Counted from the stretch's first letter, positions 12,515 through 26,609 are shown. The stretch is DNA of 64,000 bases from Eledone cirrhosa (GCA_964016885.1 OZ024741.1:376898001-376962000); one strand, 5' to 3'. Notes: generated from the letters alone by a model not told the origin. Program-made: numbers and translations.

Positions 12515-14153
12515 ACGTAAATTCAAGTATCACAGAATATGATTATAATATAATTTGTACTGTATCAGAAAGGTACACTATGTGTAAACAGAAATGAATG
12601 GTGCGTGTAAAAATATAAACAGTGTGAACTCACTGTGAATGCGTGTGTGCGTATCAGTATATTTGCTTGTTTGTATTGCAGTAGGAGTCAGCGATCAGCC
12701 AGGAAGGTGAGAATAAGTGGCAGACTGGTTTTTCGCGACGAGAGCTTGTAAATGCGACTTGTCTTGTCTGTATATCACTTCTTTTCTGTCGGGGTGTAAA
12801 CAACCCCTGTATTTATAAGAGTTGAAATTAGAAGGATAGATATATCCTCTCAACTTTGGTTAGTCTCCCAAGGGATTAGTTTGCCAAGCGTAAACAAGTC
12901 AGAAAGATGGATATAGCCTCTGAGCTATTTTCTGTCAGGCGTAAACACCTCTGACCTGTGTTTAGCCTCTCCCAAGGGGTTAGTCTCTTGAGCGTAAACA
13001 ACTTACCACTGCTTGTCCCAGAGGGGGGAAAGCTCAGATTCGGTTTCGAATCTTCGCCGTCGTTATATATATATATATATAATTGAAAATGAACATACAA
13101 AACACAGGAGGCATTAGTATACCGTTATTTTAGGTTCACGCTTGGTAGAACTGAAGGGGGTTTCGACATTTTGGACAGGGATTCTTCATCAGAAATGTTC
13201 AGATACGGGCAGAACAGAAACTGCGAGGTGTATAGCAGGGTGAAGAAAGGAAGTAAAAAAGTAGATACAAAAAATAAAAAAGTAAAATTAGAAATAAAAG
13301 AGATAAGGGAAGTATAGGTCCAGGATGGAGTCTAGGGTGGATGGTAGGGCGTGGTATGGGTCTAGTAGTGTGTGTGTGTGTGTTTCAAAGAGGAGAATAG
13401 GTGTATGCGTACGCGTACGAAGCAGGGCTGCAAACAGTTCTCAGACTATAGGAAGAGACGGCTAATGTTTAAGTTAGTGTGTATGGTTAGATGTCAGTGT
13501 GTGTGTCTGTGTAGATGTCAGTGTTTGTGTGTAGATGTACGTGTGTGTGTATGTGTAGATGTCAGTGTGAATGTGTAGATGTAAGCATGCGTGTCTCTGT
13601 ATGTGATGATGTTGCATAGTATTTTCTTTTGTGTGTGGGAGAATATGAGTGTATATGATGTTAAGACTTGTTAAATTGTGTCCGAGTCAAAGGAGAAGAC
13701 TGCGTTAACAGTGTATATGGTTGTTTTATATTAGTGAATTGGTGTGTGTGTGTACGTATGTTGTTAGGTGCGTTTGTGAATAATTTCATGTATATATGAG
13801 TGTATCTTTCTGTTGGAGATGTATGTGTGTGTGTTATGATGGTTCGAACGTCACAGGTAGACCGAAGTGAAAGGTAGTCCGAGGAGGTCAAAGCGGATGC
13901 GAGGTGATAGCGCACGCAGATGTGGGCGGTAGTAATGGTGAGGTGTGGATGTGAGGGAAGTGATAGAGTCGGGTGTAGGAAGTTACTCGAAGAAACTAAT
14001 AAGGTGGAAAGGATGCTGTATCTCTAAACTCTATATGTATTGGTGTGAGCGAATGCGTGCATATGTGTGGATTCGCACATGCGTGGAAGAGTTCCTGCGT
14101 GTGTATCTACAGGCAGGTATGTATGAGTGGATACAGAATCTAAGTTTAGCGTC

Positions 14154-14198
<45 letters not shown>

Positions 14199-14227
14199 CA
14201 AGTCCGAAAAGTGGTGGTGTGATAGCG

Positions 14228-14308
<81 letters not shown>

Positions 14309-14529
14309 AAGATAAGTTGAGTATGAAAATGTATACACATGAGCGCGTATGTATGTACATGAATACATGTGTGTATATATATGTGTATGCATGTGTATAT
14401 ATATGTAAGTATGAATATGTAAATTGCGAGTATATGTATTTTGTAGAGGTGTGCAAATATATTTGTGTGTGAATGCGTGGGTGAAAGGATACGTACACTT
14501 GAAAGAAAAATTTAAGTCTGAATGTTAAT

Positions 14530-14925
14530 TAAGTGCAAACACAAAACCAACCACGCATATCTTTACTATCTCTAATCCTTCTATAGATTTAGAAAAATAA
14601 CCAATAATATATTCTATAAAAAATGTCAAAACAACAGATGGGAATCTAATTACTCACTGCCACCAAGAATTCTCACTGCTATCGAAAAACCACTCCTTCA
14701 ACTATTCTTCTAACAACTTCACCCCTCCCTCCTAATATTCTCTATAAAAACTAAATAGGTCCTCAGTAATATTATTCTGATGAAATGACAGTAAATAATA
14801 ACATTGAAATATTGAATGTCTGCATAACTAAAAGTTTGTAGATATCAGCTGTTTTAGGTTATGTAACTGTTATAGAAACACGTGTCAATAAATTCCTTTC
14901 AACTAAACTGTATCCATTCAAATCT

Positions 14926-14930
<5 letters not shown>
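14530..14930 (+). mobile_element. PLE 3'-end remnant with HHR-like motifs
   Basis: Residual EK..I..LITHCH coding trace; CTGATGA-AATG..CATT-GAAA-TATTGAATG-TC at 14777-14820 (stem I poor); GAAACACGTGTC at ~14876; ends in (TA)n. Confidence 0.5.
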
Positions 14931-14963
<33 letters not shown>

Positions 14964-15008
14964 AAATAACAGGATGCTGGACTTGTGTAAATCCTTGAAA
15001 GGTTTATT

Positions 15009-15066
15009 ATACTATGATCATTTCAATGACCGGGTTCCGTATGGATCCGGTGATTTCATCAGGTAT
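15009..15066 (-). ncRNA. Type I hammerhead ribozyme, intact canonical core
   Basis: Minus strand ATAC-CTGATGA-AATCACCGGATCC-atac-GGAACCCGGTCATT-GAAA-TGATCA-TA^-GTAT, inside a ~180-bp island flanked by (TA)n on both sides. Confidence 0.9.
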
Positions 15067-15155
15067 TCAAAATATAACAAACGAATATAACTGACAAAAT
15101 CCATGGGGCTGAAAATCATAAACAAGAGGACGACCGACCATATATGTATATATAT

Positions 15156-15214
<59 letters not shown>

Positions 15215-15218
<4 letters not shown>

Positions 15219-15450
15219 TTAAAATAACAGATTAAGGTTTAAGCAAAGAATCGCTGATTTCACCCTTAACGGGATCTTCTGAAACCTGAGTTTCAGAAGT
15301 TCCCGTTAAGGGTGAAATCAGCGATTCTTTGCTTAAACTTTGATCTGTTATTTTAATAAATATGTGCTCTACGGTTCTTATATATTTAATATATATTTAT
15401 CCTTATCGATCCCTCTTTAGATTTTAGTCTTCATATGTATTATTATTACT
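15215..15450 (+). mobile_element. Short foldback element in (TA)n, probably a truncated PLE end with inverted pLTR
   Basis: ~65-bp arms (15219-15285/15290-15357) around ctga, plus unique tail; related pieces at 43770-43830, 59231-59300 and 59349-59460. Confidence 0.7.
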
Positions 15451-15720
15451 ATATATATATATATATATATCAACTAGAAATTGATTGACATATATATATA
15501 TATCTAAAATAAACATATGAAACAATCACAGGGAATAATTTTTAAAAGTGTGTAAGCACACATACCCAGGTAGGTAAACATAGATACCTTATAAATTGAT
15601 TAATCTTCCTTGTATATATTTCATTAAAGAAATATATTTCACTATTAATCGATCGGTAAACCACAGTAGCCAAATCCCGGATTTTCTGTCTCTCTGACAA
15701 AACACCCTTAATTTAATTTT

Positions 15721-16037
<317 letters not shown>

Positions 16038-16074
16038 CATACACACATATATATGTACATATACATATACATAT

Positions 16075-16890
16075 GACGATGGAACAAGATGAGGTAAAAT
16101 AAGAATGGGAAACCAAACAATATTTTTCTCATTGAACAGTCTGTTCCGGAGGACCATCGAGCCTGGGATTATGGATAATCCGTCTCTTGGGAGTGCTACC
16201 GTGATTCAATGTCGGTTCGAGATAAACTCTAGAGGCACGAGAGTGCTGACAGATGAACCTTCCCGAGATGCGCGCAGAGCGACGAAAACAATCTGCACGC
16301 AGTCGTCCATTGTCTGTACAATGCTGATATGAGGAATTATGTCAAACAGTCGTTGTTGCGTGTAGAACGGATTTGGCTATCAACAGAGGCTATAGTGAAT
16401 ATTGGTGCACCGCCATCTTTTGATCTGGAAGAACAGGCCATTTCCCTCTGTCTGGTGGCGGTAACGAAAAAGATTGTGTGGATGACTTGGTACGAACAAT
16501 TGAAGATATACACTTTTCTCTTCGACCTAACACCGACTTTTTCAAGCTTCACTTGGAAATGAAAGTATTGGTGGAGAGTAAAGTGCTGCCCTCCAGTGAT
16601 TTTTTTTAAATGGTGGGTGAATGTGGTGAGCATACACTCGTAGGCTGGGTAATTTTATAATGAGATGGGTGCTCTTCCCGGATCCTCATTCGGTGGTTCA
16701 GGATTAGTGGTGTATCTGAGTCAGCACTGACTGTTATTCCCCCTTATTGGGGAACTCTGTTGTTCGTATTTTTCTTGTTGATTTTTATTGTTTTTATACG
16801 TTTTACTCTATTTGTTTGTAAAGCCGCACTGTTCCTGATATTTTGTATTGCATCATGTACGTAGGTCCTTGTGGCACTTAAATAAATTAT
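16075..16890 (+). mobile_element. Tx1/L1-clade LINE 3' fragment
   Basis: [34 protein letters not shown]..; homologous to 28560-28950 and 35400-35970; AATAAA at the 3' end. Confidence 0.75.
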
Positions 16891-16930
16891 CAATATTATT
16901 TTTTAATACTCATTATTAATATTATTAACA

Positions 16931-17786
16931 CCAGCTGACATACCCAGCTTCGCCCGAGTAAACATATGATAAGAGAAGACAGGTAAAAGAGAAAATGACT
17001 GTATTGGATGTTTGTCTGGTGACAGTATGAGGCGAGTCCATGGTGTCTGTGTGATACAAAAAACAGTAAAAAAATCTTCCAGATATACAAGATTCTTCGT
17101 TGTACTGCTTGTGCATATTATATGAACAATTCTAGGTGCTCCCATCTAGAATAGTGACATCTAGGAGATGGTTCATCTTCTGCCTGACTATAAAACGTGT
17201 ATCATTGCATAGACGTGGTTGTTCCACATTTCTCAAAAGGATGATGGAAGTTCTAATCTTTTATATTATATGTAGATATAGATATAGATAATTAATATAA
17301 AAGATGATGCTCAGCCAGTTCGTCTTCAACCAGCGCAGCACGCCGTTGCTGCTTGGTTCCAGTGTCTTGTTGGCGTTGTTCAGCCAGCTCCTCTTCATTC
17401 ATGGCGGCATGTCTTCGCCTCTGAAGTTCGGCGTTCCGATGGCGCTGTTCGGCCCGTTTTTTTTCATTCCTGGCTGCACACCGTCGCTGCTGTAGTTCAC
17501 TGTCTGATAAAGTCGAATTGCTTTTTCTTTCTGTCGAACGCTGCACGTACGCACACACACATAAACATACGCGCAGGTACATACACACGCACACATGGTA
17601 ATAGTTACAGCGTTCACTTTGCCTCTCTGTTTCTTACTCTCCACTCTCAATCCCTCATTGGCATTATGCATATTAATTTAAGTTTGGCGTCGTTGAGGTG
17701 GGCGGAGTCGTTTGAAACATATGAACCAATGATAATCGAGAATTATGACACACGGAATACTGACATTGTTGAAATTAATATATAGA
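16931..17786 (-). mobile_element. Non-autonomous Helitron unit (856 bp), second member of a tandem dimer
   Basis: 5' TCTATATATTAATTTC at 17786; 3' hairpin cgggcgaagctggg + CTGG at 16931 followed by T; shares both ends with 17787-23036. Confidence 0.88.
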
Positions 17787-20700
17787 CTAGCTGACGTACC
17801 CAGCTTCGCCCGGATAAACATATGATAAGAGAAGACAGGTAAAAGAGGAAATGACTGTATTGGATGTTTGTCTGGTTACAGAATGAGGCGAGTTCATGGT
17901 GTCTGTGTGATACAAAAAACAGTAAATTAAATCTTCCAGATATAACAGATTCTTCGTTGTACGGTTTGTGCATAGTATATGAACAATTCTAGGTGCTCCC
18001 ACCTAGAATAGTGACCTTTAGGAGATGGTTCATCTTCTGCTGACTGTAAAACGTGTATCATTGCATAGGCGTGGGTGTTCCACGTTTCTCAAAAGGATGA
18101 TGGAAGTTCCAATCTTTTATATTATATGTAGATATAGATATAGATAATTAATATAAAAGATGTCCGTCAATGTAAAAAAAGGTCCCTATTTACTTAAAAT
18201 AGTTTATACAAATGCCACATTAATATAGATATGGATAACATGCTTATCTATAAGTGGTCAGCTATAATAATAAAACAACAAATTATATGACACAGAAATG
18301 TATTCAGTAATTTCCAGGCTCTTAGCCACTGAGTAATAGACAGTCAATATTGCCCAGAGTTCAACTCGGGGAGGTGGCTTGGTTTGAACCCCAAATGGCG
18401 GATCCTTCTACTTCGAAAATAGAATCGTTTTTCAATATTACTCTAGCCCTGCTCGGCCAGAGGCACCAAACCTTTTGCCAGACTCAGCATATGATGAGGT
18501 TTTATTACCACTGCTTTCAGAAGCGATACATTTGAAGGCAATTTCTACCAATACTTGTTGGTTTGTATTGCTCATTATCGACAATAAATGACATTGAACA
18601 GAAATGATAACTCTATCAAAGCTCGCAATACTGATCAAAGGACACCAATGTCTGAATCATTTACGTCAAATATTCATAGCAGTGAAGGCAATTTCTAACA
18701 ATACTTGTTGGTATTTATTACGCAACATAGCAGTGAAAGCAATTGTTACCAATACTTGTTTGTTTTTATTGCTCATAACGACATTAAATAACATTGAACA
18801 TAAATGATAACTCTGTCAAAGGTTACAATACTGATCAAAGGACACCAATGTCCGAATCATTTACGTCGCTTATTGATAGCATTAAATATATGCATACATC
18901 AGCACAAAGCTTCATTATAGACAATATTCAGGGTTGTTCCTCTGTTAGTGGTATCAATTGGAAATGTTACACCATCAGGATCGCATACTCGAGATGCAGC
19001 AACAGTTGCCCATGGGTGAATGCTGGATCATTCAAGTAGACACCGACTCGCTGTGCCTTGTTGACAGTCATGGAGAAGGCCAAATTGACGGGAAACTGTC
19101 TCTTTGCCAAATAAATGGCAGCAGATCTTCACTTGGTCTCAGCATGATCCTCGGAATGAGAACCGAATCGTCTCTGCCTGGGAGTTTAGCTTCTAAAACT
19201 CTTCCGTTAATCAATCTCTCAACAATCAATCTGATACCATTGTAAATACCCATTTTATGATTGATATTTCTAAGCAATATAATCGGCATACCCTTTTTCG
19301 ACCTCAAAATATGTGGGGGGAATCCGGGTATTTGAAGTTAATTCAGATTCTCAGTCCGAACATCCATTTTGTTCCGCTGATTAGGCTCTATTGCATCCGC
19401 ACTGATGGTCAACCATTTCTCTCCAGGAAACATTCCGGCTACTTGGGAATTTATTTCAACGACCGTTTCATTCGTATGGGTTAGAATAACGCGTTCCGAT
19501 ATCCAGGAGATATTCTGCCAAAAAACATTCAAATTAGGGAACACCCAGTCAATCAATGCTTGGCGGTCCAGTGGCATGACAAAAATGGTCTGGGATTCTT
19601 AGTCTGATTATCACCAACGTGTGGCAATTCATCGTTTCCCAACTGCATCTACCATCGGCCGTATGTATCAGCCTCTTCGTTTTGCCCGAACATACGAAGT
19701 CGCATATTATCGTGTAATCGCAAAACTCTGAAATCGCGCCGCAACGGAGACTTTTTCAGACATGCATCGACAATTTGCGCTCTTTGAGCATTCTTAACAA
19801 TTGGTAGCACCTGTCTGAAATCGCCACCAAGAACGATAGTCTTACCACCGAATGGCATGTCACTACAGCAGATATCTCTCAAAGTTCACTTTGTCCTGTA
19901 ATGTTACAGGCACTCAACTCATCCGGAGCCAATGGAGCCTTGAAGCATGAGTGGAAGGTCCTTCCACCACTCAGCGAAGTGGCAGCGAAGTGGCAGCGAT
20001 CCCACTGGTGGCAACAGGGAGAGCAATCTTACTCTGAGCTCTGACTGCCGATAACATAGTGTTGAAACAGAATGTCTTTCCGGTGCCTCCTGGAGCATAT
20101 ATGAAAGCACAAAGTTGCTCATTAGTGGAAATCAAGTGGAGAACGCCATCGACCAATTCTCTCTGAGATTGGGTCAACATTGGCATACGTTCATCCGCAA
20201 TACGTTACTGTTCCAGTGGATCAAACTGGCATAGTTCCCTCCGATCGAGTGGCAACCGTCTAAGCTGCAATCTCATGCTCAATGCTAAGACACGTTGCCG
20301 CATTTCTTCATCATGAATTGGTAAATTGAAATATGTCAAGCAGTTGCTCAATATTGAGCAAAACAATAGCTTTCATCAAATTTTCATCATCTACCTGAAG
20401 ATGATGCCTAAAATCATCAGACACTCTTGGATCGGCAGGATTACAGAATCCTAGAATCGTGACAAACAACTGCCTTATTTGAGCTGGCATCTGTGTTATT
20501 CCTGCAGCTTCCTTGGCGTTATTCCATTCAGCGTCATCCTGAAGGAGTCCCAGATGCTGACACACAGCCTGGTATGTTTTATATTCCACGCCATTGATTG
20601 TTTTCAAATCAGAGAAGCTCTGTTTACCTCTCGAAAAATCACTATGCAACCGAATTCGGAGATAAAGCACATCACCAGATGCTGGATGGACATTACAAAC

Positions 20701-23036
20701 CCGTCCAATAGTCATGAATCTCAACTTTTGTTTTCTATCATTCCATTTCTTTCCCTTCTTATCCCACGTATAGTGCGAAGGGAAATCGCAGTAGAGCTGC
20801 CTTTGATCCGGGTTAAAAGCATGTTCCCTATTATGCTTGAACCACTCGGTCAATTCCGTCTTAGGAGGTGGTGCGTTAGCAATTCTTTCGACACCTCTTC
20901 TAGTGTCCTGAAAACAGACCATTTGCCTATTCTCTAAGTGAACCGTCAGTTCTGAACGCTGGGTGTGCGTTCATTGAGATCAAAATCGAACAATCTCCAG
21001 CAAGCTTCGCTAGATCCAATCGAGCGAACATCCTGGAACCTGCAAACATCATCTCTTTGGTTCGCTTCCTCATTCCTGACATTGATCATTGCCCGATCAT
21101 GACCTTTGTAAACATATTTGAATAGATATTTGCAAGCTTTCACTGAGCTACAAATTTCAACATTAATATTACAACGATATTTCATAATCAAATATGAATT
21201 GTATGGCACAACCCATTGATTTGTAACCTGCCGACCGTTTACATTATCGACCAAACCGCCAACGGCAGGCTCCGTCTTCTGTATGAGGGATGAGCATCCA
21301 TATCGTTCCAGGAAGTGTTCGTGACAAAAGATTTCGGAAAAGTGCTTACTGCATTGGCCATTTTTCATGCAAGCCGCTTTCCGATGTGCCACTCCGCATT
21401 GGTTGTTGAGCACCATTGACTTTGCCACCAAGTTGCGTAGTGCCTCATTCTCCGGCAGCTCAGCACACACAATGCTGTCGACATCCTCAGCACATCTCAA
21501 TTTGTAATCTCTATGTAAAATAATCAGCAAATGTGCATGTGGCAATTCTCTTTTTTAGAATTCGAATACGTATGTAAAAGCAACTATACCTCCAAAGATT
21601 CCCTCTTTTTTCCACATCATCCATTATCTTTTTCAGATATCCTTTTCAGATATCCTTTTCAGATATCCTTTTCAGATATCCTTTGAATACTCTTGCCACA
21701 ATATCAGGACGGTTCTTTGGCTGTTGTCCTGGCAAATCTGCATCCTTAATATCAGTCCATTCAGCATTGCATGTAACCGATATAAACAAATCTGGCTTTC
21801 CAAACTTTCTGACAATAGCCATTGCATCCGGATAGTGAATGTTCATATATCTCGGGCCGCCGATGAACGACGATGGCAAAATGATGCGTCGACCAATTTG
21901 CTTGTAATTAGCATCATCGGCTGTTATCGCATCCTGTATATTATTATACAATTCAGCTCTGATATGTTGCTGATGTGTAGCTATATAATTTAGCCTTTGA
22001 TTTTCGATCTTTGCGAATGCCATATAACAGATTTCCTGGAACAATCTGCTGGCTTGAAATAGCGCATTTCTCTGTTGATTCCTCTCGTTCAAATGGAACG
22101 CGTAAATGTAGCGAATCGAATTATTGTGTCTATTGCCACCTCCCTGGTGATGCTGATTCTCATGATCATCTAAATGAACAGACATGTTCCATCCATTTTC
22201 ACTTTTGGGGATAAAAGAACATAATGCAATGGATCGTATGCCCTATTTGACTCATTGATAGTCTTCACAACTCTGTGTATGTTAGACTGACAGACAGGCA
22301 CACAGACAGATAAACTGCGTGGCGATTGTGGAACGCCACACACATACACGCATGGAAACGCGCACACGCACGCAAACTTACACACACACACTCACACATG
22401 TTGATAGTTTTTACTTTCTGTGGAACGCTGCACGCACGTACACACACATACACATACGCGCACGTACATACACACGTACACATGTTAATAGTTATTGCTT
22501 TCCTTCCCTTCTTATTTCCACACACATCACACACACACATATCTCTACACTGACACATATACATAGTGTATAAAAAAATGACACAATAATAAATATAAAA
22601 GATGTCCATCAATTTAAAGAAAGGTCCCTATTTACACTCTTCACAACTCTGTGTATGTTAGACTGACAGACTGGCACACAGACAGATGAACTGCGTGGCG
22701 ATTGTGGAACGCCACACACATACACGCATGGAAACGCGCACACGCACGCAAACTTACAGACGCACACACTCACACATATTGATAGTTTTTACTTTCTGTG
22801 GAATGCTGCACGTACGCACACACACATAAACATACGCGCACGTATATACACACGCACACATGTTATTAGTTATTGAACACAGCGTTCACACTCTCCCCTT
22901 TCACTCCCTCATTGGCATTATGCATATTACTTTCAGTTTGGCGTCGTTGAGGTGGGCGGAGTCGAAACCTATGAACCAATGATAATCGAGAATTATGACA
23001 CACGGAATACTGACGTTCTTGAAATTAAAAAATAGA
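17787..23036 (-). mobile_element. Degenerate autonomous-type Helitron
   Basis: A|TC 5' end at 23036; subterminal hairpin + CTAG at 17787-17790; internal RepHel coding region. Confidence 0.92.
18940..22260 (-). pseudogene. Helitron Rep (HUH)/PIF1 helicase, frameshifted
   Basis: YDPLHYVLL; ILPSSFIGGPRYM; FGKPDLFISVTCN; EF*KRELPHAHLL; KYLFKYVYKGHD; APGGTGKTF; [18 protein letters not shown]; LHDNMR; GMPIILLRNIN. Confidence 0.95.
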
Positions 23037-23363
23037 TGTATCTTTAATTGCATACCGTTATATGCGTTCTACACCCACCATACTTAATTTATGCACCGCC
23101 GTATTTCTATTTTTTCCCGCTTGATACAGCCAACGCGCACATTCCACCTTCTTTATATATATATAGCAAGTAAAATCATAGTATATTGGTTCTGGAGAAG
23201 ACGCTAAATTGTTCAGAAATTTGGGGACTAGCAACCGGTAGCGACGTAACCCAGTACCATTCTTGTCGATATATCAATCTACCCCAATCAATGAAACCCC
23301 TGAAACGGTCGTAAAGCAGTGAACTAATTAACCCCCTGATATTTCTTTTGTTTTCATTCTTTT

Positions 23364-23473
<110 letters not shown>

Positions 23474-23482
23474 TACAATTTT

Positions 23483-23752
23483 TACAATATAGTTTCCACA
23501 ATGCAGATAATTACAACAGAATATAACTACAAATAAAAGTTGAATAAATCTAGAGTCCTTTGCTTTGTAAACGTGTCCAAATGTGAAGATGATGAAAACC
23601 AAACGCTAGATAGGATGCAACCATATCTAGAGTTTGGTTTTAACGCTCTTAGCATTTGAACACGTTTACAAAGCAAATGACTCTAGATTTATTCAACTTT
23701 TATTTGTAGTTATATTCTATTGTAATTATCTGCATTGTGGAAACTATATTGT
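23483..23752. repeat. Long palindrome, ~130-bp arms, next to (TA)n
   Basis: acaatatagtttccacaatgcagataattacaa..ctagata / tatctag..ttgtaattatctgcattgtggaaactatattgt. Confidence 0.9.
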
Positions 23753-23944
23753 CCGGTTTCAAACGTTCTAATAATTTCTAAGCCAAACTGATATTGTTTA
23801 TGTTTCTAGCTTTACTTTCAAATCCTCAAATACCGTAATTACTTGACAGGGTGCATTTGGTGTTATGATTCGAGGAGTACACCCACCATCTGAGATTCTC
23901 TACCCCCTCTCCGTATTGATTATTAGTCACCCACAGGCCCCTGG

Positions 23945-24140
23945 ATTGGCAGAGTGGTTCGAGAATCCAACAAATGTATATCAGTGTGTCTTGTAACGTC
24001 ACGTTCAGGTTTCCAATCTCACCGAAGTTAACTTTGCCTGTTATCCATCATGAGTTGGTCAAATAAACTACCAGGTAAGAATTTCGGTCAAAGTAATCCC
24101 CTATCTGCATCCAGGTGTCGTGCCCACAGTGGAAACAATT
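23945..24140 (+). mobile_element. tRNA-derived SINE, diverged
   Basis: A-box-like tggcagagtggtt; accgaagttaactttgcctgttatcc..gtgccca..gaaacaatt. Confidence 0.65.
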
Positions 24141-24197
24141 TTATATACTTTCAAATTTCAGTATTTCGTAGATAAAAATAAAACTATATTATATACA

Positions 24198-25582
24198 TCT
24201 ACTTATATATATCACCAGCAATTTCTCTGTCTGTCCGACAGTGGAAACACGTGCGTAGAGAGAGAGTGGGAGTGAAAGAAAGAGACAGACTACGAGAGGG
24301 GGATAGCGGGAGGGAGAGATGGAGAGAGAGAGAGTGAATAGACGCTAAAACACGTGCTATAGAAACATTACCTTCCCCCTCTCCACGGACTTTGGGCACT
24401 GAGGCTGAGGGAATCGCTGGTTGCTATAGAGACACCTTGCACAAGCCAGAAGTAACCAGTTCGAGGCGGTTCTGACTTGACACCATGCGAAGAAGGTTGG
24501 CATTGAATTTGTGGTTGTTGCTGCTGATAATAAGGACCATTTGAAGAAGGTTGCCATTGAATTTGTGGTTGTTGCTGCTGATAATAAGGACCATTTGAAG
24601 AAGGTTGCTGCTGATGAGGGTAATTTATTAATCAGATTGCGCAGTTCCATATCCTACGTTTGATTTGTTCAATTTTTTCTTCAATTTGTTGTTGTTGTTT
24701 TTTTTAGTTCTTATTGAAACAATATAAATAATAAAATAAGGTTAGAAATTTAAATACGATTTAATTTCCATTTCCAGCAGCCAATGTCCAGTGTTCAATT
24801 TCATGGAAAAATTGGAAATAATTCAAAAAATTGAAGTTTAACTTTTGAACATTTGTTTTGCAATAAAAAAATATTTCCTTATTCACACCTAATGCTATGA
24901 TTAACATTTCATAGGAATATTATTTTTCTAGCCGCCAGTTATTTAAATATTATTAAAAATAATTTAAAAAAAAAAAAGAATGGAACATTTTGTGGATTTG
25001 TTTACCACCTTCCAAGCCTTAAACACTAATTCTCGCAAATTTGTGTTTTGTAATGACCCTCAGGACGCTGCTATTGTTGATTCCAATAGTGCCTGGTATT
25101 CGAATATGTTAGTATACAATTTTTTGAATAAAATTAAGGCGCAATTAGAGCTGCCAAACAACATTTTTTTCGGCTTTCGCCCATATTATATATATATATT
25201 ATGGGGATGATGATGATGATATACATAGTTACATATGTATATGTAATCTCCTTATAATATATAACCAGCAATTTCTCTGTCTGTCTGTCCGACAGTGAAA
25301 ACACGTGCGCGCGTGCGAATGTTTTTGCGCACGCGTAGAGAGAGAGTGAGAGTGAAAGAAAGAGACAGACTACGAGAGGGAGATAGCGGGAGGGAGAGAG
25401 GGAGATAGAGATAGTGAATAGACGCTAAAACATGTGCGCGCATGCGAATGTTTTTTGCGCACGCGTAGATAGAGAGTGAGAGTGAAAGAAAGAGACAGAC
25501 TACACGAGGGGGATAGCGGGAGGGGGAGAGGGGGGAATTGAGGAGTGCTACAGAAACATATATACATTTCTGTGTGTGTGTA

Positions 25583-25617
<35 letters not shown>

Positions 25618-26424
25618 GAAATAGATATATATACGCACAGAAATATATATACATTTCTGTGTGTGTAATATATCTATATATACACACATAAATATATATA
25701 CATTTCTGTGTGTGTAATATATATATATACACACAATATACATTTCTGTGTGTGTAATATATATATATATATACACACAGAAATATATATACATTTCTGT
25801 GTGTGTAATATATTTATATATACTAGCAGAAAACCACCCGGTGGGTGGTTTTCTGCTAGTCTCTATATATATAAAACTGAGGATGTCTGTCTGTGTGTGC
25901 TCTTGAGTTTGAATGCCTAAAACTAGAGAAGCACCCAACCGACTGTTTTCAAACTTTACACATGTAATACTTATGTTTCACAAAGTGTTCTGACCAAAGA
26001 ACATTCCAAATATTCAATGCCCTAGAGATCGCATTAGGCGATCCCTATCTCTAATACTTAGTCTTTCTCTTTTTTAGATAGATGCATACATCTAACGTCG
26101 CGCCCTTATAATATCTGTATGTATGTCTAACTGCCTGCATTACGTCACTTCCTACAATTCGCTCTGCGTCCAGAACGTGCCCTTATAATATCTGTCTGTA
26201 TGTTTGGCTGACTGCTGCCTCCGGTTATTCTACCACCCTTGCTCAAGGCAAATCTCACACTCATTCTCCAAACAGTTGGTAAGTGCACACAACTTCTTCC
26301 TCACGTTTTAAGCCACAGTGTTGCTTACTTACGTACCACCAGAACCTTACTTCTTTGCCAGACGTGGTTGTGGCAATACTAAGCTTAGCTAAGGCGGTTA
26401 TATATTTCACAATACCACTGCTAG
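24198..26424 (+). mobile_element. Array of non-autonomous Helitron-like units
   Basis: TC..tatatat starts followed by (gtct)n at 24198, 25247 and 25860; duplicated 5' regions; palindrome + CTAG|TC junction at 25859/25860; CTAG|T at 26424. Confidence 0.6.
24489..24615. repeat. 54-bp tandem repeat, ~2.3 copies
   Basis: gaagaaggttgScattgaatttgtggttgttgctgctgataataaggaccattt. Confidence 0.85.
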
Positions 26425-26609
26425 TATATCATAATACACACACATGCAATCTCTCTCTCTCACACACACATACACACACACATACACACAGACACACACA
26501 TACACACACACACGCACAGACACACATACAGACACACACAAATATATATACATATATATTATCCTGTCGCCTTGTGCCAATAGTAGAAACAGTTATTATT
26601 ATTATTATT

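Noticed and set aside
13145-13200. Minus-strand CTGATGA...GAAA
   Set aside because: Stem II and stem III pairing are not convincing.
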